Assembly: GCA_965261435.1 (NCBI GenBank)
Contig: CBDHDL010000021.1
Location: forward strand, 47,132-111,131
DNA length: 64,000 bases
Origin: Candidatus Poribacteria bacterium
Lineage (GTDB): Bacteria > Poribacteria > WGA-4E > WGA-3G
Reading direction: 5' to 3'
Part shown: positions 21,480 through 29,672 of the stretch, piece after piece
Position numbering within the stretch: position 1 is the stretch's first letter
How the letters are laid out: every line of letters starts with the position of its first letter
Position numbers and translations under genes: made by a program
Notes under the pieces: generated by a model
What the model saw: the letters and a program-made list of their open reading frames with translations, nothing else
Told to the model about the DNA's origin: nothing
Database searches by the model: none

Positions 21480-22907
21480 TTATAGTTTCTTCGCTACTTC
21501 GGCAGCAGTTTCAATTAACAGTTCCTGTTCCATAACATATAACGTCCGGACATCAAACCATAATTGCTCATCTTCAATCCGTCCGATGATAGGTGTACTA
21601 CCAACTCTAAAATACTCAGATAGTCTATCTACAGATGTCGTTTGAGGTGTAAGCATTACAGCGATACTTGGCAATGTTTCAACCGGTAGCGATCCACTTC
21701 CAATCTCTGATTGTGTTTCAGACACATTAATGGAAACCTTCTTCTCAAATACAACTTTTAGTCTATCCGCAAGATGTACGGCAATAGGGAGTAATTCGTC
21801 CATAGAACGCGTATATCGACTAAGCATCGGGAAGTTTTCAGTAATTGAGTCATCAAAAAGGTAATCTTGCAATGTTGCAGCCAAGGCTGCGATGATGAGT
21901 TTATCAACTCGCAATGCACGCATAAGTGGATTCTTGCGTATTTTCTGGATCCATTCCTCTTTACCAACAATGATACCTGCTTGCGGTCCTCCTAACAATT
22001 TGTCACCACTAAAAGTTACAATATCAACACCGCAAGAAATGCTATCAGCGACAATAGGTTCATAAGGAAGTCCATACTGAGAGAGATCAATAAGTGCACC
22101 ACTCCCTAAATCTTCCATTGTTGTAATACCGTGTTCTGCACCGAGTTGTGTCAATTCAGTAATTTCTGGTGTAGAGGTAAAACCTACAATTTTATAGTTA
22201 CTGGGATGAACTTTCAATAGTAGTGCTGTGTTTTCGTTAATCGCCTCAGCATAGTCATGCAGGTGCGTGCGATTTGTCGTTCCTACTTCTCTAAGAATAG
22301 CACCACTTGATGTCATCACATCAGGAATTCGGAAAGCACCACCGATTTCTATCAGTTCTCCACGTGATACGATTACCTCTTTACCTTCTGCAACTGTTTG
22401 AAGTGCAATTAAAACTGCTGCTGCATTGTTATTAACAATGGTGGATGCCTCAGAACCAGTCAATTGTTGTAGCAGCGTTTCGGTGATTCTGTCTCGATGT
22501 CCACGTTTTCCAGTTTCTAAGTCATATTCCAAATTAACATAATTCTGTGCAGCATTTTGAAGACCATTAAGCGCGGATTGCGTTAGCAATGATCTCCCGA
22601 GATTTGTATGCGTAACAGTTCCTGTAGCATTAACGACATTGCTAAGTGGGGGACGGGTTCTTTCCTCAATCTTCTTACGAGCCAATGTTACAAATTCAGA
22701 TGAAACAGGTAATACAAAATCTTCCGCACCTTTTAATATCTTATCTCTTAGTTCTGCAACTACAGTGCGTAAAGCATCTGTAACCAGATTCCTTGAAAAG
22801 GATGTTTGTAACTCTTCCATCTCAGGCAGTGATAGGAGTTTATCAATTGATGGTAGATGCTGTAGCGCGTTAATATTGTTGTTCTTTTTCTCTTCTTTTG
22901 TATCCAA
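21480..22907 (-). CDS. selA: L-seryl-tRNA(Sec) selenium transferase
   Basis: 475 aa with FSGDKLLGGPQAGIIVGK around the PLP lysine and the overall SelA layout. Confidence 0.9.
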   Translation of the reverse strand: MDTKEEKKNNNINALQHLPSIDKLLSLPEMEELQTSFSRNLVTDALRTVVAELRDKILKGAEDFVLPVSSEFVTLARKKIEERTRPPLSNVVNATGTVTHTNLGRSLLTQSALNGLQNAAQNYVNLEYDLETGKRGHRDRITETLLQQLTGSEASTIVNNNAAAVLIALQTVAEGKEVIVSRGELIEIGGAFRIPDVMTSSGAILREVGTTNRTHLHDYAEAINENTALLLKVHPSNYKIVGFTSTPEITELTQLGAEHGITTMEDLGSGALIDLSQYGLPYEPIVADSISCGVDIVTFSGDKLLGGPQAGIIVGKEEWIQKIRKNPLMRALRVDKLIIAALAATLQDYLFDDSITENFPMLSRYTRSMDELLPIAVHLADRLKVVFEKKVSINVSETQSEIGSGSLPVETLPSIAVMLTPQTTSVDRLSEYFRVGSTPIIGRIEDEQLWFDVRTLYVMEQELLIETAAEVAKKL

Positions 22908-22928
22908 TTTCTTTATCCAGACTTAGTT

Positions 22929-23042
22929 ATACCATTTCTATAAATTATTGTCTCATTAGGCGGTTATTATGGTAGTTATTCTTTAGGACACAAACTGAAA
23001 GTTTGTGGTACAAAAAGAGACATTTTCAATTAGAAATGGTAT
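22929..23042. mobile_element. MITE-like element, family A, copy 1 (114 bp)
   Basis: Imperfect terminal inverted repeats ATACCATTTCTATAAATTATTGTCTC / GAGACATTTTCAATTAGAAATGGTAT and an internal hairpin CACAAACTGAAAGTTTGTG. Homologous copies lie at 50206 and 60932. Confidence 0.65.
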
Positions 23043-23066
23043 TATTAGGTTGTTAATAAGTTATTG

Positions 23067-24863
23067 CTAAAAGAATCCGTTTATGAATAGAACAGCTCGC
23101 ATCGTGTCTGCTTGTTGAAACCCCGTAGCATAGAGGTCTTCTGTTTCATCAATATAGGTGTATCTATTTTTACCAAAGAAGTGTGTAATTTGAAAATTTA
23201 GGCGGAATTTTCGGTTAAAATCATAATAGACACCGCCACCCCAATCAGACAGTTTCGCATGGAAGTCAAAATATCGAAAATTGCTTCTGTCAATAGCATC
23301 GTTGATGAAATCCAGATTTACCGTGCTGAAATATGCAAAAGCACGTACCTCACGATAGTTAAAAACAGTGTGGTCACGTGTCCAAGTTAAGTCCAGTTGA
23401 ATTCGATTATCCCAAGAAATTTCTGTTGATCTATCATCTTGATTGAAAGTCCCACGAAAATCCTCAAAATCCTGAGCGCGATAGTAACTCGTATCAGTCA
23501 TACGAATAAACATCAGACGATTTGAGAGGGCAAGACGAAAGTCTTCGTTAAAATCATAAGAGAAGGTAATATTGGCATTTGCAGAGTCTTGGATAATCTG
23601 TTCGTCAAAATCTGCCTTCGTGTATAAATCCGCATCAAGATCATCCTGATTATCAATCTCAATGTCATGCAAATCACGTGTCAACCGGAGCTTAAGTTCT
23701 GTTTGAAACATTGAAGAGAATAAGGCTTTAGAAGGTGCATATTTCCTAAATCTCAATGCTGTTGGATTGAGATAGTATAGGTTGCCATTAGTATCCATAC
23801 CTTTGAGTTGAAGTGCTACATCTCGTTCGACTTCCCTTTGGAAAGGAATGAGTGTCTTGCGTGTATATTTACCCTTAGATGTGAATCGTTGTATTCTACG
23901 GAGTCTGTAACGAAATGTTCTTGAAAACCCGTCATAGCGTGGTGTCGGATCATCAAGTCGCTTCGGTAGCGTTGAGAGGAAGTCTTTGATGTACTTTGCT
24001 TTGTCCACGACCAAAAGCGAGCCATCTTTCAGCGTAGTTATCCGATAAGGACTAATGAATTGTCCATCTTCATCACCGTATTCGCCGAATGCGCTGATAA
24101 ACTTCCCCTCTGAACTATACTGAACAATCCGATGTCCTTTTTCATCAACAATGTATAAGTTACCAGATCCATCCACACTCATATCTACGGGGTGAATGAT
24201 CTGACCCATACCGGGTTGCGAAATAGCGAATTGACCAATAGGGGTACCGTCCGAATCCAGTTTATATATTATACCATCATCATGTACAAATAGGTTATTG
24301 TCTGCATCAACTGTCATTAGAAACTCGCGCTTTGTATCCCCCTGTGGAATAATCAGTGCATATTTTCCTTCACTGTCTAATCCAGGTACAGCTGCACTAA
24401 GGATCTCTGCTTTCTTATTGTAGTCCTGTATTGGATAGGATGCAATAAATTGTCCTTGTGGATCAAATTTGTGAATACCGGGACCGTAGTTGAATAATTT
24501 TGGATTATAAGTGCCTGGTATGTGTTCCAACAACCAATCCATTACATAAATAGCACTGTCAGTGCCGATAGCGATGGCTGTAGGTTTTAGAAATCTAAAT
24601 TCTGAGTTATCCTCTACCTTTATGTCAAAAGTAAAGTTACCGTCCTTAGTAAACTTGTGTATTTTGAAATTATCGGTATCAGTAATGAAGATTGATCCAT
24701 CATTACCAAATGCCAGATAGAGTATCTCAGCGAATTGCGCTTCTCCTTCTCCTTTTCCGCCAAATTCTCCAACGAATTTAAACTCTTGTGCTGCGTTAAG
24801 ATAAAACGGTAGGAAAAACAGAAGGAAAAACGATACAGTTTTAATGTTCAACTTCATCATCAT
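23067..24863 (-). CDS. NHL-repeat beta-propeller protein with a probable C-terminal outer-membrane beta-barrel
   Basis: Signal peptide and NHL-like repeats (LYIVDEKGHRIVQYSSEGKF etc.). The C-terminal ~220 aa show alternating amphipathic strands ending in ...VLFINGFF (aromatic terminus). Confidence 0.7.
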   Translation of the reverse strand: MMMKLNIKTVSFFLLFFLPFYLNAAQEFKFVGEFGGKGEGEAQFAEILYLAFGNDGSIFITDTDNFKIHKFTKDGNFTFDIKVEDNSEFRFLKPTAIAIGTDSAIYVMDWLLEHIPGTYNPKLFNYGPGIHKFDPQGQFIASYPIQDYNKKAEILSAAVPGLDSEGKYALIIPQGDTKREFLMTVDADNNLFVHDDGIIYKLDSDGTPIGQFAISQPGMGQIIHPVDMSVDGSGNLYIVDEKGHRIVQYSSEGKFISAFGEYGDEDGQFISPYRITTLKDGSLLVVDKAKYIKDFLSTLPKRLDDPTPRYDGFSRTFRYRLRRIQRFTSKGKYTRKTLIPFQREVERDVALQLKGMDTNGNLYYLNPTALRFRKYAPSKALFSSMFQTELKLRLTRDLHDIEIDNQDDLDADLYTKADFDEQIIQDSANANITFSYDFNEDFRLALSNRLMFIRMTDTSYYRAQDFEDFRGTFNQDDRSTEISWDNRIQLDLTWTRDHTVFNYREVRAFAYFSTVNLDFINDAIDRSNFRYFDFHAKLSDWGGGVYYDFNRKFRLNFQITHFFGKNRYTYIDETEDLYATGFQQADTMRAVLFINGFF

Positions 24864-24927
24864 TAAATGGTATGATAATTAAGACTTACGCAAAATGACC
24901 AAATTTCACCTATTTTCACAGGATGCG

Positions 24928-24952
24928 GCAGAATACGCGTTTGGTATTCTGC
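24928..24952. repeat. solo copy of the family-A hairpin module GCAGAATACGCGTTTGGTATTCTGC
   Basis: Perfect 9-bp stem. The identical 25-mer is also found inside the MITE copies at 50285..50309 and 61011..61035. Confidence 0.7.
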
Positions 24953-25046
24953 ATTGGTTAGAAACCGCACCTACCGGGGGAGTGTGTAAGTCCTGATAAT
25001 TTTATTTTTCAGATTATATATTCAGTTTGTTATATATTTAGTAGCG

Positions 25047-25466
25047 TTACCCCTCAAAAATATTCTCATGTCTTTTTCGAATATTGTCAAGAACACCGTT
25101 GATGAATTTTGGAGAATTAAGTGTGCTGTAAGACTTTGCAATTTCAATCGCCTCGTTTATGGAGGTTGCGGGGTCGATTTCATTGACATATAGGATTTCA
25201 TAAGTTGCCATACGTAGGATTGATAGGTCAACAATAGGCATTCGATGGAGTTTCCAGTTTTTTGACGTAATTTGTAACTCTGCATCAATCGCTTCAAGAT
25301 TATCTGTCGTACCTTCAACAAGTTCTAATGCAAAAGGACGTAAATCAAAAGAGATATCCTGACTCGTCCAAAACTTGTTTGCGATGCTCTTCACTGGTTC
25401 TTCATTTTGGTGAATTTGATATAATAGTTGCATTGCCAGAATGCGAGACTTTCTACGAGAGGACAT
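25047..25466 (-). CDS. nusB: transcription antitermination factor NusB
   Basis: SRRKSRILAMQLLYQ start, 139 aa. Confidence 0.9.
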   Translation of the reverse strand: MSSRRKSRILAMQLLYQIHQNEEPVKSIANKFWTSQDISFDLRPFALELVEGTTDNLEAIDAELQITSKNWKLHRMPIVDLSILRMATYEILYVNEIDPATSINEAIEIAKSYSTLNSPKFINGVLDNIRKRHENIFEG

Positions 25467-25569
25467 TTGGTTTTTTAAGTCTCCAATTATGTTATGAGAT
25501 GTGTTATATTATACGCATTTTTACGTGATGTGTCAAGACCAAATGAACTAACCTCTAATCAGATATTAT

Positions 25570-26369
25570 TCAGTAAGTATTTACATGAACGACTTGTGCT
25601 AAATAACACATTAACCTCGCGATGAGACTGATCCAATTGTTAATCTGTCGCGCACCCCAAGTTGTAGCAGTAAGCGTGTTCCTGTGCCGATACTCACTGG
25701 CATTGGTATTCAACGGAAACGTCCCACGCAGCTGACCACCGTAAGACCAATTGCCTCGCGTTCTGAAAAACGTTATCCCGGGACGTGCTTCAAAAGAACC
25801 GCCACCTAATTGCATCGGATAAGGAAGAACGTCTCGATCGTCTGCTTGCTGTGCAATGGATCCTATAGGAAACGATACACCACATTGCCAAGAAACGTAA
25901 AGTTATGTCCTTTACACAACGTCAAAAGCGATTCCAGTTTGACATCACCGATACCTGCACTTGACATTTCGTGCATGCCTACGGGATGATCGTGGTGTCC
26001 TGTTGTGTGTAGGTGTGCACCCTCCATCTCCATGTGACGTTGTTGATAACTTGTCATCCCCATGAACGTAATCTTGTCATGCGGAGCATACATTGCACCA
26101 AACATGTGCATTCTCATGTCCATAGTAGTTGGTGCCATCATAAAGTCTGTTAGCACATCCGCAGTTTCAACGACATCCGTACCAGATTGTAGGCCTTGCA
26201 TATTCATCGTCATGAATCGATAACCGAGCATCATTTCACCTGCTTTATGCTGATGTTCACTCATCACACCAATCGGCGCAGGACATTCATGATGTTCCTT
26301 CAATGTATCCGCCATAACAACAGACAGTGTTAATAGGAAAATAGTAATGCTAAGTGTGGTAAGTTTCAA
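25570..26369 (-). pseudogene. Met/His-rich outer-membrane transporter-family gene, frameshifted (~25866..25885) and 3'-truncated
   Basis: The 168-aa ORF (signal peptide, MLGYRFMTMNMQG, HHDHPVGMHEM, GIGDVKL) ends at 25863. A shifted frame continues SFPIGSIAQQADDRDVLPYPMQLGGGSFEARPGITFF..., which is the expected continuation. It ends prematurely after ...ISLIARL. Confidence 0.65.
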
Positions 26370-26379
26370 AATGTCTTCC

Positions 26380-28377
26380 TTATATATTCAAGTAAGGTTT
26401 CAAATCCCACAAATAGATGACACCGTCAAAACCCCCACTTGCTAATAGCGTACCATCCGGGGAAAACGCCAGATATTCAACATCAGTCGAATGGCTCCAT
26501 AGCGTTGCAATATTTTCACCATTTTTAACGTCCCATAACCGGATGGAAACTTTATCCGTTCCACTCCACCAGGATCCGGATGCGAGATACTGTCCACAAG
26601 GCGTGAATGCCAAAGCATAGGGGTACGTACAACCCTTGGGAGGAAGCATTGCTAATTGCACTTCATGTGTTGTGGCATTCCACAAACGTATTTCGCCAGA
26701 CATACCCCCAGCGATCACATCTCTACTCGGTGAAAAAACTATCGTCTGTACTCTGCGCTGTTTCGGTTTCGATGGTGTGGATGTATAATTAAGTATTTTT
26801 AGGCGTCTTTGCAGTTGATTTGCATCTCCTATGTACAGGTTAGTATCTATGCCCCTGATTGTTGTAGAAAGCGTGGCAACCTGTTGGCTTGAAGCGACAT
26901 CCCACACAAAAGCAGAACCCTCGCTTGAAGTGCAGGCAAGTTGCTCACCATCCGTACTAAAAGCAATCGACTGAATTGCACCTGCATGTCCAGATAGTAT
27001 TTTTAAAGGTTCTTTTCCATCAAACACATAACAATTTCCCGCTAAATCTCCAAACGCACAAGTCCCTGTCGTTGGAGCGGATGCAGAGGCTCTTGGGCGT
27101 GTATCCGGCTCTGTGAAAGTTGCCAGGACTTCGTCAGTTTCAACATTCCATACGATACCTGTGTTTGTATTCCTGACAGTACCACGGGCATGCATACTTC
27201 CCTCTGGCGAAAAATAGATTTGTCTTATTGACCTTTTATTATTATAAATCTGCTGTTGCCACCGTTTTTCTAAAACATCCCAACAGTGAGCACTACTACT
27301 ACCCACACTTACAAGTGTCTTCCCATCAGGCGAAAAGGCCGGGAGAGTAGAGATATCACTGTGCCCTAAAATCCTAACACCTCTGTCCGATGAGTTTTCA
27401 ATCCACACTTTCAACGGATTATGGACAGCAAGATGCGTTCCATTTAAAAAGTTGCAAGAAAAGATGTGCCATCCATATTCAAACTCATCTATCTTTTCAC
27501 TATCTTCAACGTTCCATACGGCTATTTTTGAACCACTTCCACAAGCAGCGCGTAATTGTCCTGATGTCGTGTAGGAAGGTATAACCTGAATAAATTTTGG
27601 ATAATCTGATGAAGTCTTGATATGGTTGTCTGTAAGGTTCCCCTTAATTATATCCCACTCCTTAAGCATGCCAGATGCATCTCCTACGGCAAGAAACTTA
27701 CCACATGGTGAAAATGCAAGCGTATCTATCCGTGTGGTATAGTCTCTAATAGAAGAAATAGGTTCAAATGTTTTCATATCCCAGACTGAAATGAAATCAG
27801 CGATACCTTTAGTATCTACTGGACTGGCATGAGCAAGGAGTTGTCCATCGGGGGAGAAACAGATCGGTCTGCCCATAACTCTACGCTGTTCTAACTCTGT
27901 TTCCGGTTCGATTGAAAGTTGGGCAATCTGCTTACAAGTATCAGTACACCAGACATAAGCCACACTCGAACGTCCCGTAGATGTAGCGAAGTGCTGATTA
28001 TCAACCGAAAACGCTACACTGGAAATTCCGAATGGAAATCTTGCTTGAGAAACACAATCGCCTGTAGGAATATCAAATACCTTGGTTATTCCAAGGCTAC
28101 TGCAGATTATAAACCGTTCCCTGTTGGGAGAGAAGGTAATCTCTTTAGCCGCTCCTTCTGTTTCCCATAATGCGATAGGAGACCATGTAGAAACGTCATA
28201 CCACCAAACGCCAACCCATGTCCCGACAGCGAGATACTTACCATCAGGAGAAAATGCTAAATCATGCTCATCACCTTTTCCGAACCGAGCAATTGCTCCC
28301 TCTGGAAGTCCCCATGTATTTACATTAGTATCAATGTCTATGCCTTGCGTTGAAATCTGCAATATCTGATTTTTCAT
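26380..28377 (-). CDS. WD40-repeat protein (paralog 1)
   Basis: 665 aa with repeated FSPDG..LA.G......WD units. It is clearly homologous to 29673..31673 at both termini. Confidence 0.9.
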   Translation of the reverse strand: MKNQILQISTQGIDIDTNVNTWGLPEGAIARFGKGDEHDLAFSPDGKYLAVGTWVGVWWYDVSTWSPIALWETEGAAKEITFSPNRERFIICSSLGITKVFDIPTGDCVSQARFPFGISSVAFSVDNQHFATSTGRSSVAYVWCTDTCKQIAQLSIEPETELEQRRVMGRPICFSPDGQLLAHASPVDTKGIADFISVWDMKTFEPISSIRDYTTRIDTLAFSPCGKFLAVGDASGMLKEWDIIKGNLTDNHIKTSSDYPKFIQVIPSYTTSGQLRAACGSGSKIAVWNVEDSEKIDEFEYGWHIFSCNFLNGTHLAVHNPLKVWIENSSDRGVRILGHSDISTLPAFSPDGKTLVSVGSSSAHCWDVLEKRWQQQIYNNKRSIRQIYFSPEGSMHARGTVRNTNTGIVWNVETDEVLATFTEPDTRPRASASAPTTGTCAFGDLAGNCYVFDGKEPLKILSGHAGAIQSIAFSTDGEQLACTSSEGSAFVWDVASSQQVATLSTTIRGIDTNLYIGDANQLQRRLKILNYTSTPSKPKQRRVQTIVFSPSRDVIAGGMSGEIRLWNATTHEVQLAMLPPKGCTYPYALAFTPCGQYLASGSWWSGTDKVSIRLWDVKNGENIATLWSHSTDVEYLAFSPDGTLLASGGFDGVIYLWDLKPYLNI

Positions 28378-28391
28378 CTCAAAAACCTTGT

Positions 28392-28428
28392 TAAAACGGG
28401 ATACAGTATTGAGATAGTATCCCGTTTT
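28392..28428 (-). terminator. hairpin terminator between the Cys-rich gene and WD40 paralog 1
   Basis: 12-bp stem AAAACGGGATAC / GTATCCCGTTTT with a U-tract on either strand. Confidence 0.5.
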
Positions 28429-28443
28429 TGTATGAACAAATGT

Positions 28444-28764
28444 TTAGTAATCCCTCTTAAGAGCTTCGCCACCAAAGTCATCATCATCATCATCATCAGG
28501 TTGAGGTTCACAATCTTGTGGTGTGTCGCCGCATAAATCACCTGTATTTCCACATTTATAATCCTCAGCTCCTAAAATTTCACATTCCTTACATTTATGT
28601 CTGTGAGCACAGTTTTCTGAACAATATGCCCTATCATTCCCACAATGACCCTCTTCCTCATCATCATCAGATTTACACAAATCAGTTGGACAGCTGTCAT
28701 AAGAAAGAAGAAACAACTCCAGACATTCACACGGTTCTGGACCACCACTATATGATCCCCCCAC
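28444..28764 (-). CDS. acidic cysteine-rich protein (14 Cys, poly-Asp tail); true start uncertain
   Basis: 106-aa ORF from a GTG. A strong AAGGAG-N7-ATG lies upstream at 28918..28920 in the same frame, but is separated from the ORF by in-frame TGA and TAG (see findings). Confidence 0.45.
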   Translation of the reverse strand: MGGSYSGGPEPCECLELFLLSYDSCPTDLCKSDDDEEEGHCGNDRAYCSENCAHRHKCKECEILGAEDYKCGNTGDLCGDTPQDCEPQPDDDDDDDFGGEALKRDY

Positions 28765-29152
28765 CTGCCGCTGCGAGCCATGCCTCTACTTCGCCACCTG
28801 TGACAGTTTCCACATTAAAACCCTCAGAAGCGAAAGTATAAACAAAACCCGTACAAACCATCAGGCTATCAGGACGGTGCCTACCAGATTCGGTTGATTC
28901 AGAACTTTTTTCAAAAACATTATAATTCTCCTTTTATTGTTATGTCACATTGGGCATCATAATAGATTAGATTCACGCTTCATTTCAAAGCGCAAGTAAA
29001 AGGTTTACATTGACAAATTATTAACTACCACATCCACATCCGCCAGTGTCTACATCTTCGCTTTGGGGTGTTTGGATGGAAGTTCCGGCTGTTTTAGGTG
29101 TACCCGAAGGTTGCACCTGTTGTGAGTTATCAACACTTTGCGATGCATCGGA

Positions 29153-29362
29153 TTAAGATGTTCCACAACATCCACCCGCAGTTTCAGACGAAGTCTCACC
29201 TTCAACTGTGGAGGCACCACAACATCCCGTAGCAGGTGCTTCCACAACTTCCTGCGTTTGTGCTTCCGTGGCAGGTGTGTGCTGCTGCATAAAAACGAAA
29301 GCACTTACACCTCCAAGAATTACTATGAGAAGCGCAATGTCTAAATACAATTTCCGTTTCAT
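29153..29362 (-). CDS. small membrane-anchored protein with GCCG/GGCCG motifs
   Basis: AGGAG 8 nt upstream of the ATG, an N-terminal TM helix (LYLDIALLIVILGGVSAFVF), and motifs ATGCCGAS and AGGCCGTS. The frame stays open for 43 more codons after the TAA. Confidence 0.55.
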   Translation of the reverse strand: MKRKLYLDIALLIVILGGVSAFVFMQQHTPATEAQTQEVVEAPATGCCGASTVEGETSSETAGGCCGTS

Positions 29363-29444
29363 ATGTCCACTCCTATCGTTTTGACACCACTCGTAAAGGG
29401 TGTCGGTTAACTTTCCTTATTTCGTTGTGTTTTGTGAACTTCCT

Positions 29445-29663
29445 AACAACAGTGGAAACTGTTTCAACGGCATTAGTGCCAGATTGTAGACCCCGCATAT
29501 CCATCGTCATGAACCGGTAAGCATCATTTCACCTGTTTTATGCAACATGATTACCTATAACACTTATAGTAGCAGGGCAGTCTTGATGTTCTTCCGACGT
29601 ACCTGCTAAAACGACAGCCGCGAAAAGTAGAAAAAGTATGGTGATAAACGCGCCTTGTTTCAA
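29445..29663 (-). pseudogene. 5' remnant of a second copy of the Met/His-rich outer-membrane gene
   Basis: Nucleotide-level similarity to 26150..26369 (same TTG start about 10 nt after the WD40 stop, same signal peptide and HxxCPA, RFMTM, GLQSGT blocks). A small deletion causes a frameshift, and similarity is lost below about 29450. Confidence 0.6.
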
Positions 29664-29672
29664 AAATACTCC

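Noticed and set aside
28786-28863. Selenocysteine or an alternative genetic code as the explanation for the in-frame TGA upstream of the Cys-rich ORF
   Set aside because: The same frame also contains a TAG 25 codons later. All conserved genes in the window translate normally under the standard code with TGA, TAA and TAG stops. No SECIS-like hairpin was evident directly after the TGA.
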